In this document: piece by piece, positions 51,438 through 61,172 of the stretch
Layout: every line of letters begins with the position of its first letter
Position numbering within the stretch: position 1 is the stretch's first letter
Assembly: GCA_963762145.1 (NCBI GenBank)
Contig: CAVXJS010000013.1
Span: 64,001-128,000 of the forward strand
DNA from: an uncultured Candidatus Rokubacteria bacterium
Lineage (GTDB): Bacteria; Methylomirabilota; Methylomirabilia; Rokubacteriales; CSP1-6
Reading direction: 5' to 3'
DNA: 64,000 nt
Made by a program: the position numbers and the translations under genes
The notes under the pieces: model-generated
Told to the model about the DNA's origin: nothing
Database searches by the model: none
What the model saw: only the letters and a program-made list of their open reading frames with translations

Positions 51438-52093
51438 ATGGGCTTTCTCTCCGCGAAGGACGAGGCGGCGGTCCGGAAGGAGTTCGAGCGCATCGGCGGG
51501 CCGGTGAAGCTCACCGTGTTCGCCTCCGAGCTGGGCGGCGAGCACAACGGCCAGACCGTGGCTCTCATCCAGGAGGTGGCGGCGCTCTCCGACCAGCTCT
51601 CGGTGGTCGTGCTGAATCCGCACATCGAGCGGGACCAGGCCGCGGCCTACGGGATCAGCGAGTCGCCGGCCGTCGTGGTCGAAGGCGCCCAGGACTACGG
51701 CATCCGCTTTCTCGGCCTGCCGGGCGGCTACGAGTTCTCCAATCTCATCGACTCGATCATCGCGGTGTCCACCGGGGAGGCGGGCCTGAGCGAGGAGACG
51801 AAGACGGCCCTGGCCGGGCTCACCGAGGACGTGACATCAAGGTCTTCGCGACCCCGACCTGACCCCACTGTCCCCGGGCCGTGCGCCTGGCGCAGCACAT
51901 GGCGATCGCGTCCTCGAGGATGAGGGCGGAGTGCATCGAGGCGAACGAGTTCCCGGAGCTGTCGCAGCGCTATCAGGTGATGGCCGTGCCCAAGATCGTC
52001 ATCAACGACAAGGTCGGCTTCGAGGGTGCCATTCCGGAGCGTGACTTCCTGGGCGCGGTGCTCCAGGCGGTCGCGCCCGAGGCGGAGGCCTGA
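51438..52093 (+). CDS. Protein-disulfide oxidoreductase (two-thioredoxin-fold, AhpF-NTD/PDO-like); candidate selenoprotein with UPHC motif; 1-nt indel near 51833
   Basis: GIRFLGLPGGYEF; then IKVFATPT-TGA(51860-51862)-PHCPRAV..EANEFPEL..YQVMAVPKIVIN..FEGAIPE in one frame. Confidence 0.8.
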
Positions 52094-52098
52094 GCGCG

Positions 52099-52188
52099 AT
52101 GGAATCCGTGCTGATCGTCATCGGGGTCCTGATCGGCTGGTTCGCGCTCAACCGCTGGGTCCTGCCTCGCTTCGGCATCCAGAGCTGA
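52099..52188 (+). CDS. 29-aa single-TM peptide ending at TGA (possible Sec read-through)
   Basis: MESVLIVIGVLIGWFALNRWVLPRFGIQS*; GGAGG upstream; host-like codon usage; below the ORF-track cutoff. Confidence 0.55.
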   Translation: MESVLIVIGVLIGWFALNRWVLPRFGIQS

Positions 52189-52209
52189 GCCGCGCCCCCC
52201 GGTCCTCCC

Positions 52210-52664
52210 GTGAGGAGGCCGAGCAGCGCGATCGCGACGCATAGCGCGGAGCTGCTGTTCATGTACGGCACGCTGATGCGGGGCTTCCGCCTGCACCGGC
52301 TGCTCTCGGGCCGCGCCGAGTTCCTCGCGCGCGGGCAGGTGCGGGCTCGGCTCATCGACCTCGGCTCGTATCCGGGCGCGGTGCCCGATCCCGCGGCCAC
52401 ATCGCCGGCGAGGTCTACGGGGTCGTGGATCCGGCGCTGTGGGCGGTGCTGGACTCGGCGGAAGGACCCCAGTATCATCGCCGGGTGGTCGGCGTCCAGA
52501 GCGAGGACGGCGCCGAGCGGGCCGCCTCCATCTACTGGTACGTCGGGCCCCTCATCGCGGCGTGCCCATTCCGGGCGGCGATTACCGGGCGCACGCGCCC
52601 GCGCCGTCCATCTACCACCCAGAGCCCGTAGGAGGCGCACCATGCCGCTCGAGCCCGCAGCTGA
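52210..52664 (+). CDS. Gamma-glutamylcyclotransferase (AIG2-like), frameshifted
   Basis: LFMYGTLMRG, DLGSYPG, GEVY, LDSAEG..Y, IPGGDY in successive frames. Confidence 0.75.
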
Positions 52665-53995
52665 TCAAGGACGACCAGGACCATCTGATCCACCCGCTGC
52701 ATCACCCGAGCGATCACCTGGAGCCGATGGTCTACGTGCGCGGCCGCGGCGCGATGATGACCGACATGCAGGGCCGCGAGTACATCGACGGCCTCGCCGG
52801 GCTCTGGAACGTGAACGTGGGCCACGGCCGGACCGAGCTGGCGGAGGCGGCGGCGGAGCAGATCAGCGAGCTGGCCTACTTCTCCGCGTACACGGGCTCG
52901 ACCAACATCCCGGCCATCCAGCTCGCCTCCAAGCTGATCACGATCGCGTATCCGAACATGCAGGGGGTGTTCTTCACCTCGGGCGGCGCCGAGTCGAACG
53001 AGTCCGCGTTCAAGACCGCGCGCTTCTACTGGAAGACCAAGGGCAAGCCCGACAAGGTCAAGATCATCGCGCGCTCGTTTTCCTACCACGGCGTGACGCT
53101 GCAGGCGATGAGCGCCACCGGCATGTCGCCCTACTGGAAGATGTTCGAGCCGCGCGTGCCGGGTTTCGTGCACATCCCGACCTGTTATCCGTATCGCCAG
53201 GAGGGCGCCAAGCCGGGCGAGACCGCGGGGCAGACCGCCGCGCGGCTGCTCGAGGAGGCCATCCTGCGCGAGGGGCCGGACACGGTGGCCGCCTTCATCG
53301 CCGAGCCCATCCACGGCGGCGGCGGCGTGCTCTATCCCACCGACGACTACTTCCCGCTGGTGCGCCAGGTCTGCGACCGGCACAAGGTGCTCTTCATCGC
53401 CGACGAGGTCATCACCGGCTTCTGCCGCACCGGCAAGTGGTTCGCGCTCGAGCACTGGAACGTGCTGCCCGACATCATGTCGTTCGCCAAGGGCGTGTCC
53501 TCGGGCTATCTCCCGCTGGGCGGCATCATGGTCTCGAAGGCCATCAAGCAGGCCATGGACGAGGTGAAGCCGGAAGACCGCTGGATGCACGCCTACACCT
53601 ACTCGGGGCACCCCACCTGCTGCGCGGTGGGGCTCAAGAACATCGAGATCATGGAGCGCGAGCGGCTGTGGGAGCGCGCCGCGGCCATGGGCAAGCGCCT
53701 GCACAAGGGGCTGCACGCGGCCTTCGGCGACCACAAGCACGTGGGCGACATCCGGGGCGGCAAGGGGCTGCTGGCCGCGATCGAGCTGGTGGAGGACAGG
53801 GGGACCAAGGCGTCGTTCGGCGCGGACAAGAAGGTCGGTCCGCGCGTGCTGGCCGAGATGACCAAGCGCGGCGTCATGACGCGCGCCCGGGTCGAGCACA
53901 TCTTCTTCTCCCCGCCGCTGGTGATCAGCGAGGACGAGGTGGACCGGCTCGTCTCGGTCACCCGCGACGCGATCAAGGCCGTCACCGGTATCTGA
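52642..53995 (+). CDS. Class III (omega) aminotransferase; indel just after the start codon
   Basis: AGGAGG RBS; DGLAGLWNVNVGHGR, SGGAESNE, SYHG, FIADEVITGFCRTG, FAKG, YTYSGHP. Confidence 0.92.
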
Positions 53996-54029
53996 AGCCT
54001 GAAACCCGAAGGGCTGTCCCTCCTCATCC

Positions 54030-54064
54030 CCCTCTCCCCTCTGGGGAGAGGGCAGGGTGAGGGG
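54030..54064. repeat. REP-like palindrome, copy 4 (right half), between convergent genes
   Basis: CCCTCTCCCC-TCT-GGGGAGAGGG-CAGGGTGAGGGG, identical to 5609-5643. Confidence 0.82.
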
Positions 54065-54071
54065 CGAGGGT

Positions 54072-54608
54072 TTACCTCCCCGGCACCACCCACAGATACA
54101 AGGTGTGGCTCCCCTCATTGCTCGACACCTGCAGCGTGCGCGTCGGCGCCCAGTCCCCCATGTCGAAGCTGTGCGACACGATCCGGGCACCGGGCCGGAG
54201 CTCCTCCAGCAGCTTCGGCCGTAGCCGGCGATTGAGGTCGGGGGACAGGTAGAGGGTCACGACGGTGGCCGGTCTGAGATCGGCCTCGACGAGATCCTGC
54301 TGGCGGAAGGTCAGCTTGTCGGCCAGCCCCAGCCGCTGTGCGCGCTCCGTGCTCTGGGCGACCAGCGCGGGATCGATCTCGAGACCGACTCCCCGCGCCC
54401 CTCGATCCCGGGCTGCCGCGATCAGGATCCGGCCGTCGCCCGACCCCAGGTCATAGACCACGTCGCTTGAAGTTACCTCGGCCAGCCTCAGCATCTCGTT
54501 GACAACCACGAGCGGCGTCCGGACGTCGGGCACCTCCTGTCCGGGCACCCGCACGCAGGCGGTCAGGGCCACGCCGAGAACCGCCGTCAGCCGGGTCGAT
54601 CGCGCCAC
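54072..54608 (-). CDS. Class I SAM-dependent methyltransferase with an N-terminal lipobox
   Basis: VVYDLGSGDGRI, ATVVTLYL, LRPGARIVSHSF; signal ..LGVALTAC. Confidence 0.85.
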   Translation of the reverse strand: MARSTRLTAVLGVALTACVRVPGQEVPDVRTPLVVVNEMLRLAEVTSSDVVYDLGSGDGRILIAAARDRGARGVGLEIDPALVAQSTERAQRLGLADKLTFRQQDLVEADLRPATVVTLYLSPDLNRRLRPKLLEELRPGARIVSHSFDMGDWAPTRTLQVSSNEGSHTLYLWVVPGR

Positions 54609-54634
54609 GGGGGGATTCTATCGTACTTGCATTG

Positions 54635-54656
54635 ACACTCGTCGTGTGTTTAGTAT
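54635..54656 (+). promoter_or_regulatory. Candidate LexA-like operator overlapping the promoter of the radical SAM gene
   Basis: ACACTCGTCGTGTGTTTAGTAT; matches 61239-61260 at 18 of 22 positions; contains -10 TAGTAT. Confidence 0.55.
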
Positions 54657-54663
54657 TCCTGCC

Positions 54664-55878
54664 ATGGACCGGAGGCAGCGGCTGGCGATCCTGGCGGAGG
54701 CGGCCTCGGACGACAAGGAGACGGGGCTGCCCGGTCGTCCGCGCCTGAACGAGGGGCCGGTCGGGATTCGCCCGGTACGGCTTCCGGGCGGCGGCTCCAC
54801 GACGCTGATGCGGGTGATGCAGACCAACGCCTGCTCGCTCTCCTGCGGGTACTGCCCGACCTTCTGCGGCGGGCGCGTGAAGCGAACCGCGCTGTCGCCG
54901 GAGGAGGTCGCGCGCACGTTCATGGAATCGCATCGCGCGGGGGTCGCGCAGGGCCTCTTCCTGACCTCGGGCGTGCCGGGCCGTGCGCCGCGCGCGGTGG
55001 ACCGCATGCTGGCCGCGATCGAGATCCTGAGGAAGCGCGAAGGGTTCGCCGGCTACGTCCACATCAAGCTCCTGCCGGGCGCCGAGCAGGAGCAGGTGGT
55101 GCAGGCCACCCGGCTGGCCACGCGCGTCTCGGTGAACCTGGAAGGGCCGAACGACGCGGTCGTCCGCGGGCTGGCGCGCGAGAAGGACTACTCGGGCGAC
55201 CTCCTGCCGAACCTGATGCTGGCCGGCCGCCTCTCGCGCGAAGCGCGCCTCGAAGGCCGCGCGGGCATCGCGGCCGCGGGGACCACGACGCAGTTCGTGG
55301 TGGGCGCCCAGGGCGAGCAGGACCGCGAGATCCTGAGCGTGGTGGGCGGTCTCGAGCGGCGGGGCCTCCTCCACCACGCCCACTTCAGCGCCTTCCAGCC
55401 GGTGGCCGGCACGCCGATGGAAGGGCTCCCGCCCACGCCGGCCGCGCGCGAATGGCGGCTCTACCAGGCCGAGCACCTGCTCCGACAGTACGGCTTCCGG
55501 ACGGAGGAGCTGGTGTTCGGCGGTGATGGCAACCTCACCCTGGACCACGATCCGAAGACCGCGTGGGCGATGGCGCACGTCGAGCGCTTCCCGGTGGCGC
55601 TGGAGCGCGCGCCCTACGAGCTGCTGCTGCGCGTGCCCGGCATCGGGCCCATCGCGGCGCGCCGGCTCGTCACCGAGCGCCGGCGCACCCTGCCGCGCGA
55701 TGCGCAAGATCTCCGCCGCCTCGGCGTGGACGCGGAGCGCGCGGGCTTCTTCCTCACCCTGCGGGGTCGTCGGGTGCGGGCCGCCCAGCCTGCCGAGCAG
55801 CTCCGCCTCTTCCCCCACGGCGAGCACCTCACGCAGGGACCCTTCAAGACCGCCGTGCCGCCCTGCGCCTATCGCTAA
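54664..55878 (+). CDS. Putative DNA modification/repair radical SAM protein with HhH (TIGR03916-like)
   Basis: TNACSLSCGYC, GLFLTSG, GYVHIKLLPGA, REWRLYQAEHLLRQYGF, DPKTAWA, LLRVPGIG. Confidence 0.9.
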   Translation: MDRRQRLAILAEAASDDKETGLPGRPRLNEGPVGIRPVRLPGGGSTTLMRVMQTNACSLSCGYCPTFCGGRVKRTALSPEEVARTFMESHRAGVAQGLFLTSGVPGRAPRAVDRMLAAIEILRKREGFAGYVHIKLLPGAEQEQVVQATRLATRVSVNLEGPNDAVVRGLAREKDYSGDLLPNLMLAGRLSREARLEGRAGIAAAGTTTQFVVGAQGEQDREILSVVGGLERRGLLHHAHFSAFQPVAGTPMEGLPPTPAAREWRLYQAEHLLRQYGFRTEELVFGGDGNLTLDHDPKTAWAMAHVERFPVALERAPYELLLRVPGIGPIAARRLVTERRRTLPRDAQDLRRLGVDAERAGFFLTLRGRRVRAAQPAEQLRLFPHGEHLTQGPFKTAVPPCAYR

Positions 55879-55905
55879 TACCAGTCGGGCGTACAATAGC
55901 GACCC

Positions 55906-56316
55906 ATGACCTCCAAGCTCGAGGAAGCCCAGGCGCCCGCGGCCCGGGCGCGGGCCGTCCTGATCTACGACGGGACCTGCGGCCTCTGCCGCGGCGGGGT
56001 GGCGTGGCTGTCGCGGCGGGCGGTGGCGGGGCACTTCGAGTTCCTGCCCTGCCAGGCGGCCGAGCGGCGGGCCCGTTACCCGTGGATGGGCGAGAGCACG
56101 TGCCTGCAGGCCATGCAGCTCATCCTGCCGGACGGCCGTGTGCTCGCGGGTGACGCGGCGATCCCGGAGATCCTGCGGCGGCTCCGCGGCTGGCGGTGGC
56201 TGGCCCAGGCCTTCCGCCTCCCCGGCGTGGAGCTGCTCGCGCCGACCGTCTACGCGTGGGTGGCGCGCCACCGCTACCAGATCTCCTGCATGCTGGGTCG
56301 CGCCCCCCGTGGGTGA
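55906..56316 (+). CDS. DCC1-like thiol-disulfide oxidoreductase (DUF393)
   Basis: LIYDGTCGLC, YAWVARHRY. Confidence 0.88.
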   Translation: MTSKLEEAQAPAARARAVLIYDGTCGLCRGGVAWLSRRAVAGHFEFLPCQAAERRARYPWMGESTCLQAMQLILPDGRVLAGDAAIPEILRRLRGWRWLAQAFRLPGVELLAPTVYAWVARHRYQISCMLGRAPRG

Positions 56317-57091
56317 CCCCCGCGGGCGCGTCGCGCTCGTCACGGGGGCATCATCGGGGATCGGGGCGGCGACCGCGCGCGCCTTCGCGGGCGCCGGGCT
56401 CCGTGTCGCGCTCTGCGCGCGGCGGAAGGACCGCCTGGAGCAGCTCGCGGCCGAGCTGACCGCGCGGGGGGGCGAGGTCACCGCGCACGCGGTGGACGTG
56501 ACCGATGCCCTCGCGGTGCGCGGGATGGTGGACCAGGTCGCCGCGCGCTGGGGACGGCTCGACGTGCTCGTCAACGGCGCGGGGCGGGGCTTCGTGGCCA
56601 CGCTCGAGCAGACCACCGCCGAGGAGCTACGCGAGCTGATGGAGCTGAACGTGGTGGCGGTGCTCGGCGCCACGCAGGCCGCGCTGCCCCTCATGCGGCG
56701 GCAGGGAAGCGGCCACATCATCAACGTCTCGTCCGTCGTCGGGCGCCGCGCGGTGCCCTATCGCGCGGCCTACAGCGCGACCAAGTTCGCGCTCGGCGCG
56801 CTCAGCGAGGCGCTCCGCGTGGAGCTGACCGGGACGGGGATCGCGGTGACGCTCGTGTACCCGATCCGCACCAGCGAGACCGAGTTCCACGAGGTCGAGG
56901 TCCAGAAGATGCCGTGGCGCCCCATGGGCCCGGTGCAGACGGCCGAGCGGGTGGCGCGGTCGATCCTCCGCTGCGTCCGCCGCCCGCGCCCGGAAGTCTA
57001 TCCCTACTGGCCGATCCGCATCCTGGCCGCGATGAGCGTCATCGCGCCGGGACTGGTGGACCTGGGCATGCGGCGGGTGCTGCAGCGCTAG
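56309..57091 (+). CDS. SDR family oxidoreductase
   Basis: VTGASSGIG, LVNGAG, YSATK. Confidence 0.92.
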   Translation: MGDPRGRVALVTGASSGIGAATARAFAGAGLRVALCARRKDRLEQLAAELTARGGEVTAHAVDVTDALAVRGMVDQVAARWGRLDVLVNGAGRGFVATLEQTTAEELRELMELNVVAVLGATQAALPLMRRQGSGHIINVSSVVGRRAVPYRAAYSATKFALGALSEALRVELTGTGIAVTLVYPIRTSETEFHEVEVQKMPWRPMGPVQTAERVARSILRCVRRPRPEVYPYWPIRILAAMSVIAPGLVDLGMRRVLQR

Positions 57092-57095
57092 ACGC

Positions 57096-58247
57096 TCATC
57101 GCGTCTCGACGTGGCGGATGGTCGCGTAGAGCATCAGGTCGTACACGATCTTCAGCCCGCCCCCGAGGAAGAACGGCGCGGCGAGCGAGCCGGTCGCGAT
57201 CACCCAGCCGCTGAGCGCGGGACTGATCGACTGGGCCAGCGTCCGGCTCACGTTGGTGAGGCTGGCCGCACCCTCGCGCTCGTGATCCTGCACCGCCAGC
57301 ATCAGAAAGGTCTGCCGCGTGGGCACGTCCATCTGGGAGAGCAGGTGGCGGGCCAGCAGCAGGCTCACCGCCAGCGCGGCGGACGGGGCCAGCGCGATGC
57401 CGATCAGCAGCACGTTCGAGATCAGGTGCGAGAAGACCATCGTGTTGACGAGGCCCAGGCGCGGAGCGAGCCGCGCGGCGAGAAGCAGGGAGAGGCCCGA
57501 GAGCGCCTGGGCGCCGAAGAAGGTCCAGCCCAGCGCGGTCAGGCCCATCTCGAAGCGCGTGTAGAGCCAGTAGGCGATCAGGCTCTGCAGGACGAAGCCG
57601 CCCGCCAGCGAGTCCAGCGCGAAGAGCGCGGCCAGGCGGTGGATCAGCGGGCGCGACGGCGCCGAGGCGGCGTGACGTGGGACGGCGGCCCGGCCCGGGT
57701 CGGGCCGCATCAGCGCATAGGCGCCCATTTGGACGAGCCCGCCGAGGAGGAAGACGGAGAAGAGCAGGCGAGGGGAGGCGCCCACGTATCCAACCACCGC
57801 GGCGCCCAGGGCCGAGGCGGCGTAGCCGGCGAGATTGTAGAAGCTGAGCGCAGTGGTCAAGCGCGCGCGCGGCGTGGCGCGGGTCACCGCGACCTGCTCG
57901 AGCGTGAGGAAAGGGCCGGTCTCGCCGGTGCCGACCGCCAGGTTGCCCACCATCGCGGCGGCCACGATCAGCCAGGGCTGCTCGGTGGCGAGGAAGACCA
58001 CGGCGGAGACGACGATGAGGCCGGCCTGGGCGACCAGCGCGGCCCGGGTCCCGTAGCGCTCCGCGGGACGGCGAATCGCGAAGGTCATGGCCGCGCTGGC
58101 GAGCAGCGTCAGCGTCACCGCCACTCCGACCTGCCGCGCGTCGAAGCCGCGCTCGACCAGGTAGACGGGGAAGAGGACGCCGAGGAACCCGTAGCAGAAC
58201 GTGCGCGTCGCCTTGGCGACGAAGACGAGGCGCCCGTCGCGGCTCAC
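57096..58247 (-). CDS. MFS transporter
   Basis: AERYGTR, GETGPFLTLEQ, LFALDSLAGG, SQMDVPTRQ. Confidence 0.88.
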   Translation of the reverse strand: MSRDGRLVFVAKATRTFCYGFLGVLFPVYLVERGFDARQVGVAVTLTLLASAAMTFAIRRPAERYGTRAALVAQAGLIVVSAVVFLATEQPWLIVAAAMVGNLAVGTGETGPFLTLEQVAVTRATPRARLTTALSFYNLAGYAASALGAAVVGYVGASPRLLFSVFLLGGLVQMGAYALMRPDPGRAAVPRHAASAPSRPLIHRLAALFALDSLAGGFVLQSLIAYWLYTRFEMGLTALGWTFFGAQALSGLSLLLAARLAPRLGLVNTMVFSHLISNVLLIGIALAPSAALAVSLLLARHLLSQMDVPTRQTFLMLAVQDHEREGAASLTNVSRTLAQSISPALSGWVIATGSLAAPFFLGGGLKIVYDLMLYATIRHVETR

Positions 58248-58668
58248 GCGCGATCGGCCCGGCAGTACGCGTAGAGCGCGTCGTAGACCGGGAACTGGAG
58301 CGCCATGTTCTCGACGTCGTCGCGGGTGATCGCCCGGAAGCCGCTCGCCACCGCGTAGAGCCCCAGGCCTCGCGGGCGATGTGCCGGGCCTCGGTATCGG
58401 CGCCGCGCACGATCTCGCCGAGGGCGAGCAGGGCCGGATCGGTCAACCGGTACTTGTCGAGGAACGCGTCGAAGGAGCAGCGCTCTCCGTGGTGACCGAG
58501 CTCGACGTCGGGGACGTCGAAGGGCAGGGCGCCTTCCCGCCGGGCGGTCTCCATGACCTGGTCCTCCGCCACGAACAGGAACTCGGCCTGCGGGTCGATG
58601 AACCGCTGGATGAGCCAGGGGCAGGCGATACGGTCCACCCGGGCCTTGCGGCGCGTCACCCACTTCAT
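58244..58668 (-). CDS. Chromate-resistance ChrB C-terminal-domain protein (ChrF-like), frameshift near 58365
   Basis: MKWVTRRKARVDRIACPWLIQRFIDPQAEF, HHGERCSFD, IVRGAD, YDALYAYC. Confidence 0.85.
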
Positions 58669-59082
58669 CGCCCGCCTCCCCGGGCCGCGCACTCGTCGAG
58701 CAGGCGGTCGAGATGGCGGCGGATCGCGGCGCGGGCGAGCGGCAGGTTCTCGCTCACCGCGGGCACGTCGTCCCAGCGCTCCACCGGCACGGCGGCCGGC
58801 ATCGCCTCGCCGAGCTCGCAGCCGAACGTGACGACGCGGTCGGCACGCGCGGTGTCGGCCGCGGTGACCCGTCGCGGCCGCGGTCTGGCCGAGCTCGACG
58901 CCCTCCGCCCGCAGCGCGGCGACCACGCCGGGGGCGATCGCCGGATCCGGCTCGGTGCCGGCCGAGTCGGCGGTGATGGCGAGGCCGCGCTCGGCGGCCA
59001 GCCTCTTGAAATCAGCGGCGGCGAGAACGCTCTTGGCCGCGCCGTGCAGGCAGACGAAGAGAATGGACCGTGATGCGCTCAT
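58665..59082 (-). CDS. LMW-PTP/arsenate-reductase-fold protein, frameshift near 58885
   Basis: ILFVCLHGAAKS, SAGTEPD, VVTFGC, WDDVP. Confidence 0.75.
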
Positions 59083-60249
59083 AGGGCTCCCCGTATCCAG
59101 AAGATGATCAGGCCGGTTACGCCCGCCGCCGCGATCAGGATCGGCTCGGGCACCTTCAGGCGCCAGAGCAGGCCGAACGCGGCCAGCCCGATCAGGGCGG
59201 TGGGCAGGTCGAAGATGGCGCGGCGGCCGAGGACGACGCAGGCGCCCGCGATGGCCCCCGCCGCCGCGGCGGTGACGCCGTTGACGAAGGCCTTCACCTG
59301 CGGGTTCTCGCCGAAGCGGTCGAACCAGCGGTACGGAATCACGACGAAGAGGTAGGTGGGCAGGAAGACGCCGATCGCGGCCGCGGTGCCGCCCGCCAGG
59401 CCGGCGACGAGATAGCCGATGAAGGCCACCGTGATCACCACCGGCCCCGGCGTCAGCATGGCCACCGCGACCGCGTCGAGGAACTGCTTGTCGGTGAGCC
59501 ACCGGTACTCCTGCACGACGCCGCCGTAGAGGAAGGGCACGATCGCCAGGCCGCTGCCGAACACGAAGGCGCCCGCCTTCGTGAAGAACCAGAGGATCTG
59601 GGCCAGCACGCCCGGCGTCGCGGTGGCGGTCAGGCCGGTCATCAGGAGCAGGGGCCAGCCCAGCGCGGGCAGGGTCTTGCTCGAGCCGGCCCAGGCCAGC
59701 AGGCGGCGGGGCGGCGCCTGCACCAGCAGCACCACGACGCCGCACAGGATGAACAGGCTGCCGATCTCGGTCTCGGTCCACGCGGTGACGAGCGCCATCG
59801 CGCCGGCGATCGCCCACAGCAGCCGGTCGGCCGCCAGCGACAGGCGCATGAGCTTCCAGGCCGAGCGCACGATGATGCCGATGACGCCCGCGCCCACGCC
59901 GTAGAAGGCCGCCTGCATCCACCCGAGGCCGCCGTAAGCGACATAGACCGCGCCCAGCGCCAGCGTCATCAGGAACGAGGGAAGGATGAAGGCGAGCCCG
60001 ATCAGGGTGGCCCCCGCGACCCCGCCGTGGACGTAGCCGAGGCACATGGCGAGCTGGGCGGCGAGGGGCCCGGGCGCGAGCTGCGAGAGCGTCAGCCCCT
60101 TGAAGTAGTCCTGCTCTGGTGAACCACGCCCGGCGCTCGACCAGGTCGCGCTGCATGTAGCCGATGAGCGCCACCGGCCCGCCAAAGCCGAGGCTGCCCA
60201 GGTAGAGGAAGTAGCGAACGAGACCCCAGGTCGTCCGCGGCTCGCTCAT
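59079..60249 (-). CDS. chrA: Chromate efflux transporter (long-chain CHR), frameshift near 60115
   Basis: LGSLGFGG, SQLAPGPLA, GAFVFGSG, AMLTPGPV. Confidence 0.92.
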
Positions 60250-61172
60250 GCCCGCTCGCCGACCGTGGCGTAGAGACCATCGAACAGGGTCATCCCTTGC
60301 GCGAGCGCCTCGCGGTCGTCCTTGATGGCGCTCAGCAGCGCGCGCAGCACGAGATCGATCCCGCGGGCTTCCTCGCGCGCGAACTTCTGGTCCTTGATGT
60401 CGGCCTCGTGGACGATCTCGGCCAGGACGGCGAGCTTGCGGTCGCGGAGGCCGGTGCGGCGCAGGAGGGTCTCGAACGTGCAGTCCTCACCCTGATGGCC
60501 GAAGTCTACGCCGGCCATGTCGAAGGGGATCGCGTCGCCGGGAATCTGGTCGGGCGCCGCGAAGACGAACTCGGCCTCCGGGTCCACGAAGCGCTTGATG
60601 AGCCACGCCGAGGCGATGCGGTCCACGTGGGGGCGCGGACGCGTGACCCAGCGCCGCCCCTTGAGCGCGGTGAGATCCAGGGGCGGAGCCGCGCCCGCCT
60701 GGCGCACCCGCCCCGAGGCCGTGCGCTCCTCGACGGCCTCGCGCGCGCGCTCGACTTCCCGCCGCCCGGGCGCTTCGAAGAAGTCGATCTCGGCGATCCG
60801 GCTCGTCTCGCGGGCGAGCCGGGCCAACTCCTCCGCGAGCCGCGGCCGACGGCCCTTGAGCAGCTTGCGGTAGCGCTCCGCGAGGGCCGCGTAGTCTTGG
60901 TTGCGAGCCTCGTGGAACAGGCGCACCACGTCCGGCTGCTGCATGTTCTCGATCCGGTCCACGCGGAGCAACGTGGCCTCGCCCCCATCGCGCTGGATCT
61001 CCTGGGCGAGCCACTGGAACTGCTCGTAGCGATCGGGCGAGTCGGGCAGCAGGTAAGCGGAGCTCCTGAGCGGTACCGCGCCGAGCCCCCGAAGCCTCCG
61101 CCAGGCGCGGACGCGCAGGCTCGAGGGGCGAGGCGGGAGGCTCAGCAACAGGAGTAGCCAGCCATGCAACAT
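60246..61172 (-). CDS. chrB: Chromate-responsive regulator ChrB
   Basis: N-terminal LRVRAWRRLRGLGA, IDFF; C-terminal WVTRPRPHVDRIASAWLIKRFVDPEAEF, HQGEDCTFE. Confidence 0.88.
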   Translation of the reverse strand: MLHGWLLLLLSLPPRPSSLRVRAWRRLRGLGAVPLRSSAYLLPDSPDRYEQFQWLAQEIQRDGGEATLLRVDRIENMQQPDVVRLFHEARNQDYAALAERYRKLLKGRRPRLAEELARLARETSRIAEIDFFEAPGRREVERAREAVEERTASGRVRQAGAAPPLDLTALKGRRWVTRPRPHVDRIASAWLIKRFVDPEAEFVFAAPDQIPGDAIPFDMAGVDFGHQGEDCTFETLLRRTGLRDRKLAVLAEIVHEADIKDQKFAREEARGIDLVLRALLSAIKDDREALAQGMTLFDGLYATVGERA

